From Vicugna vicugna (taxonomy: Eukaryota), in the NCBI GenBank assembly GCA_013265495.1, contig MU058387.1, positions 682,001 to 746,000 of the forward strand: DNA of 64,000 nucleotides. The letters run 5' to 3'. Positions 39,881 through 53,050 of this stretch are shown one piece after another. The first letter of the stretch is position 1. Each line of letters opens with the position of its first letter. Position numbers and translations under genes: made by a program. The notes under the pieces are model-generated. The model did no database searches and was not told the origin of the DNA. It was given only the letters and a program-made list of their open reading frames with translations.

Positions 39881-41879
39881 TGAGCAAAAAAAATAAAAAG
39901 GATACCATGTACCTACTTAAAAAAAAAAATCTATCGCACGAAGTTTGTAAAAGTACAAAGAGAACAACCAAATTTGGAGAGAGGTAGACAAGGCCCGAGA
40001 ATGGTAGAAAGAATATAGACTTTTGGTTGGGAAATTAGCTAAATTTGCATAGGTAGTAAGCTGTAGTTGTCAGAAAGTATGATGGAATAACTAGGCATAT
40101 TTGCTGGATTCTAATATGCAATGTCCAGGAAACAAATCCATAGCTGTAATTCACAATGCTCAGTCTATGATGCAAAGCATGGTGACATCATCACATCCAC
40201 TTATCTTGTTATTAATGATTCTAACTTACCCACTGCAATTATTTAGATATGCGTTTTGATTAATTATCATTATTCTTAGTAATTGCTTACTTTGGATCTC
40301 ACTATTTTGAAATACATGCAAAGCATTAGTACGAAAGAGGAAAAATATTTGGAAGATAGAGAAGGAGAGATATTCTAGCCCGATGGGTCTGAATTCACTG
40401 TTAGGGGCATAGGAAAGACATGCTTCGTTTTTCATGAACACTATAATAATTGTGAGCCATTGTCGGAACGTCCACTATCTTGAGCTGTGGTTACAGAGTG
40501 TCTTGGATCCAGCCGTACACTCTTTGCTTATGAAAAATACCATCCTACCGTGAGACTCATAAAGTTTCCCATGTTATCTGTAGAGATGGAAAATAGCTTG
40601 CTTATTATATAAACTCCAACATTTGCCTTATTAGACCAATGTCTAACCACTATCACCATGGCTTTTCCTGGGGAGTAAATGAGGGGATCAAAGGTGAGAA
40701 AAGAAGCCAAGACATTGATGTTTATGCTTTATTCAGCTTACTGTCTCTGGACCTCCCAAAACAACCTGAAAACTGAGACTTAACATAATCTTCTTCCACT
40801 CGATTGTAAAATTAATACTATTGAAACACACATTGATATGTTTCACTAACAATTTCACACATAGAATTATCAAAACGGCTTTGTTCGCACACATTCTGTT
40901 GGGATCTTTGCTATTATAGCTAAAAAGAACTACATTCCAACTGATGTGCTTTAAAACATTTTCATGAAGGAAAATATTAATGAAATATTAATTAAAAATA
41001 CATAATAAAATATTTACAATCAAGAAGATTTTAGAGACTTTGGAAGCTAACCAAAATACAGCAAGGAACCTTGAGCAGATGAGTCCTAGAAAACACCTAA
41101 TGTTCTCTGAATCATAGCCCCAAAGGTGGCCTGGCTTCCTGTATCGTCTCATAGTCACCCATTCATACGTAAAAAGACTTTGCCGATAGAATGTGTAAAT
41201 CTGTAAGGAATAACACTTGCCTTTTAATGTCACCCAAAATACACATAGGAAGGATTGTCAGCAATTTTTTTTCTAACTATAACTTTCTGGCGTGAGTTTC
41301 CAAAAGCAAAAATAATGTGGACTGTTATGGGATTCACATAAATGATTTGACTTATCCTGAGAAAGGAAACCCGCCCCCTACTGCTCTTAATGGTGATGTG
41401 ACTAAGACAAGCCCTGGTTGTACTGTTTGAATACGTATCCCCTTACTCCTGCCTGGTGGGAATCATGGTCACCCACCAGGCAGGGTTAACTAATGACTGA
41501 AATGAAATCCAGTCATTTGAGGAAATCTCAAAGGCTTCCTGGAGTTAGGTTGGAAAGATGTCACAAATGAAGGGCTGTGCTTCAGGCTCCTGCAATGTTT
41601 ACAGAACCTATAACACAATGGAGCATGATTAATGAGGCTCTCTAAACTCCAGGCCAAGCATAGGACTTTATACTTGTCACATCGAAAGATCCGCCCTTTA
41701 TCACCCTCATAACATAAGAAACGTAAAGCAGAGCATGAGCATTTCCCAGAGGAGTTACCCTGCCTTTCATCCTCAAGCAAACTAAGGGGTTAAAGAGGAG
41801 ACATTCTCATTTTTTAATGAGAATGACACTTTTGCTTAAGGAAATGTTTTTCTCTTAGATACTCTTAACATTTATCATT

Positions 41880-42060
41880 TTATTCTATGCTTCCAAAATG
41901 ATGTAAAGGCAGTTTGCCAGAAATTATTATCACCTATGAGATGAGACATCTGGGGCCTATGAAAATTGAGTGGCTTTCCTAACTACTCAGCTAGTTGGGA
42001 ACGTATTTGATACCAGAACTCAGCCTGATTCTATTCCAAACAGACTGCAACGTGCTCTTA
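41880..42060 (-). mobile_element. MIR SINE
   Basis: ATTATTATCACCTATGAGATGAG...GAGTGGCTTTCCTAA...CAGCTAGT. Confidence 0.55.
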
Positions 42061-43662
42061 TACTTAAACACATCCTATAAGGCATCGGCAAAGAACTTGG
42101 CCAATTAAGAATTTTTCTCAATACCTTCCAAACCTAGGCTTCTCCTAAAGCCTGAGAGTACGTCATGTGGAAAATAAAATATAGATATGTATATATGATT
42201 TATACTCGAGATAAGATATTTTAAATACTTTTCATCGCACCAATTCAAGCAGTTGATCTCGAAACCTTCAGAAGTGTGTTTTTTCTGTCCATTCAGAGCT
42301 CACACCTCATTAAATGTGCTCACCCTCATCTATCTCCCATCTGGGATGCTGTTGTGAATGAGTGATGGATGAACCACAGGTCCTGTAGATCTTGTCGCAG
42401 CTTTAACCTCCTTCATTCTATCAACAGCTTCCCGAGGCCTGAAAAGCAAGGTCTTCCTGGCCATAAAAAGACCATTAGAGAGCACACAAACTCGATTTCA
42501 CCACGGCTAGTGGGCAGACTCCTGCTTGAGAAAAACGAATGCAGGATACCAACCAGGGCCCATTTTCAGCTGAGAACAACTACATCCGTCGTCCTGAAGC
42601 TCCTTGTGTGAAGATTATAAATCTGTACTGCGGATCCTTCTATATGGTGGAGGGTGAATTGTTCTAGCTGACCGTGTTCATCAATGGTACCCAGAAAAGC
42701 ATGATGACAGTTTATCCCAGCGTAATAGATGTGGCGTGCCCTTATTCAATTCTCTTTTTTTCTTGGTCTGCTATTGCTAATTTTTTTTTTTTAGGTAATC
42801 CTCCTAGTAAAATGACATGTTTATCTAGTCCAGACATTACAGTGGAAACCATGGAGAAACACCTTCGCTGGTTTTGCTTATTTATATTCTGGTTGCTCAC
42901 AGTTCTGAGGCTGTCATCGTTTGAGAAAAGAAAGACTCTTGATCTGAGCTACTTGATGGACAAGATGTTGTCTTTATTTTTTTTCCCCTTTGGCAACTGA
43001 TATTGTGTCTGACTTTTTTCTTAACCCATCTGCCTCATGCTTTCTTGTTTTGCCAGAAAAAAGAAAAGTTTGACATCCTCACAAAATGACATTTATATTG
43101 CCCTAACCAGAGAGAAAGAAAGAAGATTACTGATTGACGTGTATCTGAAGGAATTAAACTGTTTAAGGGAGATGCTAAAATCATCAGTAATTCTATTATG
43201 AAAGATAGATTTTTATTAATAAAACATCATGTTTCCTTGAGCAATAGTAAATGTGCTCCGCGTTGTAAAAATAGAAGAATCTTTTGGCGGAGAAGTCTGG
43301 TAGGCAGAGAGCTTAACATAAAAGCAAAATATTTGTTTTCCTTTAGTCATTCATAGACATTTTTTTAATGTTACTTTTTTTTTCCAGAGAAGGGAGTGGA
43401 AAGGGTGTATCACTCTGTATTTTGTTAATTTGACTTCTGAATTTTATGGATCACGGGGGTAGATTTAAAGTGACTTGCTGTTTTGAAGTAGAGATAAAGA
43501 ATTGTTGAGATGTGCATATTAGTTTACTATTTCTAATACTCTCATGTTCCTATTTATCACTCTTAAGATAATTCAGGTCTTATTTATTGGTGATGTATGA
43601 GGATCCAACAAGAATATTTACAAGATTAAATATTCATAGGTGTTGACATCAACCCTCTGAGC

Positions 43663-44470
43663 TTTTAAAAATAATTTTATTGAAACATATTTGCATATCA
43701 TATAATTCACTCTTTTTGAGTGTACAATTCAATGATTATTTTTAGTAAATTTACCAAGTTATGCATCCGTTCACCATGAATCAATTTTAGAACATTTTCA
43801 TCACTGCATTATGATCAGTCCTGTACACTTATTGCTAATCCCCATTCCTTCTTCCCTTCCCCAGTTCCTCCTCACCCTGGCAACCACTGATTTGCTTTCT
43901 GTCTTCATAAACTTTGCCTCTTCTGTATATTTCAATGAATTAAATCATAGAGTAGGAGGTCTCTTGAGTATGGCTTATTTCAGCCAAATGTTTTTGTGGT
44001 TCATCCACGCCTTAGCGTGTATCTTTACTTTGTTCCTTTTTATTGGCAAATAGTGTTCCGTTGCATGGATACGCCCCAGTTTGTCTATCTGTTCACCAGT
44101 TGATGGACACTTTGGTTGCTTCCAATTTGGATCTATTACAAATAATGCTGCTAAGAACATTTACGTGAAAGTGTTTGTGTGAATAAATGTTTTCATTCCT
44201 CTTGGGTAGCTATAACTAAAAGTGGGATTTCTGGGTCATAAGGTAAATTTATGTTTAACTTTTTAAAAAACTTCACACCAAACTGTTCTTGAAATTGGGT
44301 GTTCAATTTTACATTCCCATCAGCAATATATGAGGCTTCCAAGATACCTACTTTCTTACCAACACTGGTTATTGTGGGGTTTTTGTTTTGTTTTGCTTTT
44401 GTGCCATTGTAGTGGGAGTGAAGTGGTATCTCACTGTGGTTTTGATTGCATTTCACTCATGATGTTGAGG
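43663..44470 (-). mobile_element. L1MB-type LINE-1 3' end
   Basis: ORF2 remnant MFLAALFVIDPNWKQPKCPSTGEQIDKL; 3'UTR AGTGTACAATTCAATGATT...TTTTAGAACATTTTCATCAC. Confidence 0.9.
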
Positions 44471-46556
44471 GTCCTCTAGCTTTGTTAGGCTTACTTCTCA
44501 AATGTTTAAAGCCATTTGCTTAGGATAGACATGTGAGGAGCACACAGTGCCTTTAAAAGAATCAGGTTTTATAATACATAGGCATTTAGAAAAAAATAAA
44601 TATCTTTGGTTTTATCCAAAGTGACAAAGAAAAAATGTCCTGCCAATGAGAGAGTAAAATGTACAGAAGGACAGTGGGCTAACTCCAGACAGACTTCTGG
44701 AGACCTGGCCTGTACGCCTAGGTGCATCACTGGTCCTGTGACCTGGGACATGTGGGTGGGGTGGGGAGCTCTCCGATGGAATAATTAGTTCAGAAATGCT
44801 GTCGGGGGTAAAGGCTCAGCAAATGAAGAGATTCTTTATGTCGACTGCTTGACTTTCTACCAGCTTTGATCTATAATCTGTATTCTCGTATCTGCTGTGC
44901 TTAATAATCTAACAATGTGCCATTTATAAAACAGGTGAAAAGGAGGAAACCCTACCATATCAATTTGAAGATGTAGCAGAATTCCCAGAAATAAAAATTG
45001 ACACACAATCCAAGAACAGAACCATTCAGATCCTTCTGTGGTTTGACATGGTGTCTGGGATTCACTAGACATCTCTTCAAAGTGCCAAGGAATGGGAAGC
45101 CCTTTCAAAATCAAGCTCTCAATGATTTCTTTAGACAGAAGAAACCCATGGCCTTCATCACCTTTCAGAACAGACTGGTGGTTCACAGTGGCTCTTCAGT
45201 TTTGGGGAAGCAGAATTTATTTAGCTCCCGCTCCTGTACTACTGATAAAGTCTACAAAACAAATGCTAATAAACACACTTACATTCATATATATGACTTT
45301 TTAGCTCTATCTGTGAGGAAGTATTTCTTTAAATTTTGTATTATCAAGTTTTGTGTTAATTTTACTTTGCAAAAGTGTTTCAATTGGAAAAAGGGGGAAC
45401 ACAACATCCAAGCTGTTCCAACTGAGTAAGCAAATGAGATGACTAAATCTAGAAAACTTCGGCACAAAAACAGTCCAGCCATAAGATGAAAAAAGAAAAG
45501 CTAAATAAATACAAGAATCACTTGAAAAACTTTTGTTTACTTCTCTTAGCTAAGTGGAGGGACTTCAGGAGAGAATTGGCCAGCAGCATTTGATAGGAAT
45601 TTTTTAATGATTCAGTGAGACGATAAGCTAAGAATTCCCTAGCTGAGAAAGTTTATTGTTTGAGTAGTTTAAAACTAGGTAGCAAACAGTGGTACCTGAA
45701 AGTCTTGTTCAGAGCAACTTTGTAGAAACTCTGCAGTCCTGTATCTTTGAAGTTGTGACACGTTATGTAAAACAAGGCTACCAGAAAAGAACAAACTACA
45801 ACATAAGTAAAATCCACGGCTTAAGGTTTTACAGAGTAAAATATATCTCACAGTTGATTAAAGTATGTTCTGGAAAACGCGACAGTTATAGAAATAAGGA
45901 GAATTTATTCTTATTTTGGAGCTTCAAAATAACTCACTTCATTTTTTCTTTATATACCTACCCTGGGAGATAGTTTTGGTTTTTCTTATTCGGTAGAGAA
46001 ACTGAAGCTTCAGGCAGTTAAGCAATTTCCCTGTTAAACTAGTGGTGACTTGAAGTATCATCTTCCAAATCCAAGTTTAGGGCTTTCGCAACTACACAAA
46101 ACTTAACTGATGGGATATTTGTTCTTACAAAAAGAGTCAGTCTTGAAAACTAGCTCTGATCTTCTAAAGAATGTAATTTTATTTTCTAATGTATTAATAG
46201 ACAGTGGAAAGTGTATGTTTGTATATATATATATATATTTATTGTATACTGGGAAGTTATATATATAAATATAAATGTATATAAATATATATTCCAATTC
46301 AGAATCTTATATATTCATTCTATCAAGTTTATTTGATTAAAGATTCAATGGCCCCTCTCTCTGCCTCAGGACTACAGATATAGAAGGTTCAGTAACATTT
46401 CCTCCACTGATTGTGACTAGCTTTGAATAAGTCCCTGGGTAGATCTTTGATTTCTTCTTAAAAATGGCTTACATCTTTACATCACCCCTACACCCTTGTT
46501 AAAAAGGCATTTCCCTTATTTATTCTCCCCCAGTGCTGTTGGGAATGTTTGCTTCA

Positions 46557-46558
<2 letters not shown>

Positions 46559-46594
<36 letters not shown>
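46559..46594. repeat. Poly-T tract (36 T)
   Basis: Direct reading. Confidence 0.95.
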
Positions 46595-46597
<3 letters not shown>

Positions 46598-47029
46598 AGT
46601 TTCCCTTTGGAACAGAGAGCAACTGCTTAACAAATGGCAGGTTTATGGAAGAGGAAAATCTCCATGGTTTAACGTGCTTTTGTTTCCTGGCGGTATGTAC
46701 CTTCTGTTTTTGTTCACGCATAATCATCTTGTAACCCACATGGAAAGTCCAAGAAACCAAGGGGTCGGGAATTGGATATTAAAGCAATTACTTCCACACT
46801 GACTTCCCAATTCTTGGCCCAAAGAGATTTCCATGACACAGAGGACTGCAGTTGGTGACTTGGGGCTGCTGTATGCAGAAGGCTGGACAGAAAAATAATG
46901 CCGCAAAGTCCCCTGTAATACCAATGCAATGTCAGAAGACCCTCAACACTTGGATGAGGTCTTCCCTCTAGAGAGAATCTTTCAAGGCACTTAAGTACTT
47001 TGCATATACCTAAATTGTCATATTTACAT

Positions 47030-47165
47030 AATGAGTGTATAATTATTTGTCTATATCTCACCACTAGACAGAGAGTTTTCACAGAATAGGAACTGAATCT
47101 ATTCAGCATATGTCTGCTACCTGTTTCGTGTTTTCTACCAATGTTTGTTGGATGAATGGATGAAC
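47030..47165 (+). mobile_element. L2 3' end
   Basis: CCACTAGAC...AATGTTTGTTGGATGAATGGATGAA. Confidence 0.6.
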
Positions 47166-47979
47166 CATATACCATAGCATCATGTTTCAAACTCAGAAGA
47201 TTATTATCGTTTCAATGTCACTGTATCATATGAACCAAGGCGCATCAGGGTATCACACATTAGGAGTAATTTATACTCGTAAGAAAAATAAAAAGCCACT
47301 TCTCCACAGTGTGTTAACCATGGATTTCTTTACAATGGTTCTCATCTTAGAAGAAGGAATACATTTCTCTTACTTGCTGGAGGAGCTGATTCATGAAGCC
47401 AACAATTGTGTTTTGGGTATTTACCAGGAGAATTGAAAAGTAAGACCAACTCAAGTCTTGGAGACATTTAGATCCAGTCCAGAGACAAACATGAAGATAG
47501 CTATCATCACTTTGAGGGAGAACAAAATGAACACCACACTATCAGAGAACCATGAAAAGGAGAAAGGATTAAGAAGTCACAGATGTCATTTTTCCATAGG
47601 AAAGTTGGAATTCTGAACCAACCACATGTGGCAATAAAGATTGGAAAAGAAAGAAACATTGGAAAAGAATCAACAGGATTTGGAGAATGACTAGGTTTGG
47701 AGACTGTAAAGCATGGAGCAGTTGAAGGTAGGTTCAAAATATGTGCCCAAGAGGAGAGTGTGGAACACAATGCTAAGGATACAGGACTCAGGAAGGATTT
47801 CCTAGGAGATTATTCCTGGATGAATTTGATATTTGGGGTGTTTACATGTCACACTCCAATACTTACTTTGCTCATTTAAAAATTCTAAATTCATGAAGAT
47901 GGGCAGGAATTCGACTCACTTCCAGATAGCAGAGAATAGAAATGAACAAATCATTTTATGGTGGAGAAATCTTGCACAC

Positions 47980-48436
47980 AATACCATAAAGAGTGATAGC
48001 TTTATGATCAGTGATGCCATGCTGAGATCTTGTACCACCTGATATGATGTGATGAGAATGACATTTCATCTCCACGGTATTCTCTCCCCAAACCTACAAT
48101 TAGAGCCCAATCTAGAGTCATGAGAAAACATCAAACCAACCCAAACTGAGAGACGAAATACCTGACCGTTACTCATTCAACACTCTCAAGGTTACAAAAA
48201 ATAGTGAAAGACTGAGGAATTGTCACAGAGCACAGGAGGTATGATGGCTAGAGGCAGTGTGGGATCCTAGATAGGGTCCTGAAACAGAAAAAAAGAAAAA
48301 AAAGATTAGTGGAAAAACTGACGAAATAGGAATAAAATCTGGAGTTCAGTTAATAGCAATGTAACAACAGTGCTGGTTTCTTCCTTTTGATAAATGTGCC
48401 AAGGTAATGAAAGATGATAACATTAGGGGAAACTGA
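47980..48436 (+). mobile_element. L1MC/MD-type 3'UTR fragment
   Basis: CCTGATATGATGTGATGAGAA...CATGAGAAAACATCA...GACTGAGGAATTGTCACAGA...AACATTAGGGGAAACTG. Confidence 0.75.
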
Positions 48437-48499
48437 CTCTGTTTAGATTGATGTAATTTTCCTTGGTTTTGAAGGCTGGGACTGTGTGATGTAATGATA

Positions 48500-48720
48500 A
48501 TAGTATCAGAAATAACAACAACTAAATTTTCTAAAGCACTTTTACAAACACTGACTCATGATTGGACAGTATTATAAGGCTGGTAGAACAAGTATTTTTA
48601 TGTCCATTTCACCAATGAATAAACAGTGGCTCGAAGCTGAAATTACCCAGGATCAAACTTTTCAGTGCCTTGGGCTTAAACCATGATCTTGTGAATCCAA
48701 CTCCTGTGTTATTTTTACTT
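48500..48720 (-). mobile_element. MIR SINE
   Basis: TCTAAAGCACTTTTACA...TCCATTTCACCAATGAATAAAC. Confidence 0.55.
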
Positions 48721-49599
48721 TCATCAAGTATTGGAAAGAAAGGCCAATGTGAACGTGCACGTACAGATGGGGAAGGGTGCAAGGACCGCGGAGGCGGGGC
48801 GCTAAAGGATTGGAGATGGCAGTCAAATTTCAGCTGAAGTCAAAATTCCATTGAAGATTGAAGTCCTAAGAATAACTACTGGGCTGACTTTCTGTTTTTG
48901 AAGCTCACAGGTTTGCTTTTTGTTTCTCTACTTCTTTGCCCTTATGTATTAGTGATCATTTCCCTATGAAAATAAAGTAAACTAATTATCACAGTTTTCT
49001 GAGTCTGCAAAATTATTATACTCTGGAGCCCCTGACCCACATTTACTACTCTTTTGCTTCCCCTGGCTCCACCATCACACATTCTAAAGCTGACTCATGG
49101 GCCATGTGCTTAAGAGATGTGTTACCGTGATTCTGTTCATACGTTTGCTGTGATATTTTCCATACTTTATTTCCCATGTCCTGATTACAATAATCACACC
49201 TGATTACAATTGTCTTTCACAAGGAGCACATCCACATGACAGTCTTCTTTTCACTGAGAAACAACAATAACCTAATATACAAATTCTGTCCATCTGCAAC
49301 CACCCCCCTCTCCCTTTCTCAGGCTTACTCATTTCCAGGAGCATAAATCAGAAAGTAAAGACTGAACAGGGTTCCATTTTGCCTTTAAACAGAAATGGAT
49401 TCTTAAAGATGAAATAATTATACTGCTACGTGAGATCAAGGTTTCAAAGGAAGAACCTCGTGTGGATCCTTATGCACACTTATACCACGAAGGTGGATGT
49501 TTAAAAGCAGCTAGATGGGTATTTGTCCTAAAATGTGGTCTTCCGTGTTGGTTCTGCAGCCTGAGGAGCTATCCCTATGCTTTGCTGCCACCTTGGCAA

Positions 49600-51450
49600 A
49601 CTAGAAGGATTTACAACGGAATTCTGCACCCGGCGGGCTGGAAACAGCGTTCCCATTGACTCGGTGGGCTGGCTTGGCTCAGAGAGGCGTTTGAAATGGC
49701 TGTTATGTTGCAGAGAGAAATTAGAACATCAATCCGGTGGAGAAACACATTTTCTCTATTTAAAATAACTCAGTTTCCGCAAGATTCCGGTGTTACTCTC
49801 CGGATGATTTTTAAAGGCTCAGCCTTTCTTTCTTCAGTCCGAAATGGAGACGGAGAAGAAAAGGAATCGGTTGAAGACTTCGGAGTTTGCGCTCTGGGCG
49901 ACGTTCCGGCTCTTTTGGGTGTGACGGTGACAGCTGAGGCGCTCTGCCGTCCGTTTTCGCTCGTAAAAAGCTTCTATTCTGTGTCCATGAGATGACTCGC
50001 CGCCTCCAACTCCCGTTAACTTCTTGGGAGTCCCGAGAACTTAGTCGAAGATGTTTACAAAATGCAAAGCATCTGGGTGGCCAAGATGAAGGCTTGTATT
50101 TTTTTTTTTTAATGCTGCCAGAGGAACTGGGTAAATATTGCTGATTCAAATCCAAGCGCTTTAAACTGACCCGCAGCTTTCAATATTGGGACTCAGATAT
50201 ATTTTCCTCATTGTTATTCTTGTCTGTGTTTCTCCTGTTTATTCCATTTTAAGGCACTCTCTCCCTCCGCCCCCACCCCCTCGACCGCACACCTATGTCC
50301 CTGTTCTCATCTCAAAAATCCTTCACTACCCCTCACCCCACCCCCCAATCTTCCGGTCTTTTAATCTTATCTGAATATGTGGTCGTTTGGCTTTTGCAGA
50401 CACTGGGTGGGAGGCAGCTTTCCTCGCTATTTCATTTAAATTTGGCCTGAGTGCGTGGGTGCCTTCCACATTTCGTCTCGCACACGCAAAACAGTTAAAA
50501 GCTAGAGTCAGAATGAGCGGAGAGTTCCACAACTTCAAAGCACCCGCTAGGAAAGGAAATAATCCGGGGGTCCGAATTGGGGGGTGGGGAGAAAAAGGGA
50601 ATAAAACCCAACTTCGCTGGCAACGCCAATAAATCTGGTAACTGGAGGCGAAAAATAGATTTCGAGGGCTGGGTCTGGTCCGGATGAAAAGCTCGGGCTC
50701 CTTCCCCTGCCGGAGTCTGGCGCTGGAAGCCTGCCTCTGGCTTCTTGCCACGCGAGTGCCCCCAGACAGCAACACACCCACTGGAAACGCACGTGAACAA
50801 AGCTCTCGCCCCGGGAGCCGCCGCCTGCGGTTTCCTAGTGCATTACAGCTGCTCCGGGGAGTGCAGGGCGCACACAGGGTTAAGTCAGTTCCCTCCCCGG
50901 TAGGAGGGAGAGGCGGGGGAGGGGGAAAGCAGCGTACTGTCTCTGGCTGGGTACCTAGTAGTTAGTTGTACGTTCGAAACCTGTCGCCGTCACTTGCGAG
51001 TTTGGCATCTGCCACTGTCACCGTAGAGGAACGAGAGCTCGGAGGTAACACCAGTGGCCGCAGTCTCCGCGCCTGACGCCGCGCGACTCTCGCCCCGGGT
51101 GCATCTCTGGCCCTCGGTCCCGCGTGTCAAGGAGCGGCGAAGTGGCAGCTCTGCGCCCGCCGCCGTGTCTACCCAGCCCCAGGACCAGGCTGGCGGTTCT
51201 CAACGATGGGCAGGAGGGACCTTGGCGGCGACCCCTAAAATAATACCATGCCCCGGGAGCCCCGTTGCTGCCGAGCCAGCTTCTTCCCTTTCCACCTCCC
51301 TGACCCTGTCGGATTCGGATGAGCCCACTGAGAGGAGCCGCGGCCGCCAGGTAAAGGGGCTGAAGTGCCAGGTGGAGTTTCCAGTAACCGCCCGGGAGGC
51401 CGCTATGCGAGTATCACGCAGCATCTTTAGGGCGATTATTTTTAAAAACT
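49600..51450. promoter_or_regulatory. CpG-rich block 1 / upstream promoter
   Basis: CpG density rises sharply over background. CCAAT 50626-50630, E-box CACGTG 50790-50795, G-rich tract 50900-50926. Confidence 0.8.
50960..51350 (+). other. FLRT2: Non-coding first exon (1a) of probable FLRT2; start approximate
   Basis: CpG-rich segment ending in a good donor, CAG|GTAAAG (51350/51351). The sequence (GTTAGTTGTACGTTCGAAACCTGTCGCCGTCACTTG...TCGGATTCGGATGAGCCC) resembles my recollection of the human FLRT2 5'UTR exon. Not verified by alignment. Confidence 0.7.
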
Positions 51451-51929
51451 AGCTGGAGGGTAATCGCTGGGGGGGGATAGTTTAAGCTTTATCTTTCATC
51501 CAGAGAAAGAATAGACTGCTTAACTCTGATCCAATTTGGGGGAAGTCTATTTGCAGGTCGAATCTACCTCTTCTGAGTTTTGTAACTGAGCTCAGGGTCA
51601 AAACGCTAATTCGCAAGCCCGCTGGAGCATAGATCCTAAATTGGGGTTTCTAGGGCCACTAAGCTTGCCTGAGTCCAGCCTCTCACTTTCCCAGAATGAA
51701 TGTTAACTTCCACCAGTAACAAACCCCTCGTTCCCTACCCCTGCACCCACTCCATCTGCTCCTAATGTCACCAGAGTTATTACCAAGCCGTTGCGTCTAC
51801 AGACACCCCCTTGCCCGCAACCCGAGATCCAATAGTGGCTAAGAAGATGCGAAGGGTACTGGTTCATTTTCCTTCGAGTTGGGGAAGGGGTTATTTTTCC
51901 CATCAAGTCTTTCTCCAGCCTTGCTGGTT

Positions 51930-53050
51930 TTCAGTGGCCTGGCGCTGAGCTCCGCCAGTGTGTCTTACAGGGGCTCCAGCGAGGAGCCCACCAGGCTTAA
52001 CTGGGATTGCGTTCCCGGGTCCGCGTGCGTGGGATGCGGGGAGAGGGCGGATAAGGCGTCCTGGCACTGAGTGCAGGGGCTAGGCGACAGCGAGGAGCGC
52101 GGGGGCAGAGCCTCGCTGGGTGCCACCGCGTCCCAGCCAGGGCTCCGAGCCACCTGGAAAGATCCCTCCGCCACGCTGACCAGTCCCGGGCTCGTCCCCG
52201 CGCTTTCAGCGCTGGCGCGGTCAGTTCTCATTTGTAATCACACCCAAGATCAAGGTTGCCAGTTGAGGTCTGGGCACTTAACCAAAGAAAGGAAGTATTC
52301 AGGGAAAAGGGTGACTGGGGAGGGCTGGATCCACACTTGATACCCGGGAAACTCCTGGAGCGCTGGGGCTCCGGCTGGCGGCAGCTGCTAGTGGAGGCGG
52401 AGGCCACCGCTGCTGTCGTCGCTCGTGCTTTGCTCCTGGAACCTCCCAGAAAGATGGCACTCACTGTCCTGGTCCAGTTAACTTCCCCAACCTTCCTCAC
52501 TCCTCCTCCACAGTGTATTAGTCACATACTGAGTTTGGGGAGAAAAGCGGCTTTGTATCTGTAAGTCGAAGCATTTTCTTAGCCACTTTCTCATAATGCT
52601 ACAGGAGTAGCAACCCGCGGGCACGACCCCAGGTCGCGTGTGCGCGCGCGCGCGTGTGCCAGCGTGCGTCTCGGGCGTGCGTCTGGGTGGATCCGTGCGT
52701 GGTTTGTGCTTGGGAGGCAAATCGGGCTTTTCTCCAAGTCTGCTTAATACGATTTAGGCGCTCAAATACTTGAAGGCGGTAGACACAACAGGGATGCGAA
52801 GGAAATAAAAACAATTGGGAAAGTGGTGCCAAGTGACTCAGACTTTGAACTGAGGACCGGGAAATCATCTCGAACCGGTTGTGGCCACCGCCCCTGCCTA
52901 ACTCACGCCGCGATAGCTGAGCGGATCCCTAGGGGAGTTGGTCCTGAGCTAGTCTGAAGCTCACTGATTGCTTCTCGCGTGGTCCCACCGACGGCGCGTC
53001 TCAGCGCAGCCCAGCGCTTGGCGCGAACTCGCTCTCCCTCTTCTGTTCAG
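51930..53050. promoter_or_regulatory. CpG island 2
   Basis: GC- and CpG-dense; includes (CG)6 at 52643-52654. Confidence 0.8.

Noticed and set aside
46559..46594. Poly-T as the tail of a retrocopy
   Set aside because: The adjacent sequence shows no recognisable SINE, LINE or processed-pseudogene body and no clear TSD.
44998..47190. 143-aa (44998-45429) and 158-aa (46714-47190) ORFs
   Set aside because: No recognisable homology or splice context; the second overlaps an L2 tail. Likely chance.
25795..50700. Exon structure for a divergent antisense lncRNA (e.g. minus-strand donor at ~25806)
   Set aside because: Plausible for a CpG-island promoter, but isolated splice motifs cannot define a transcript without RNA data.
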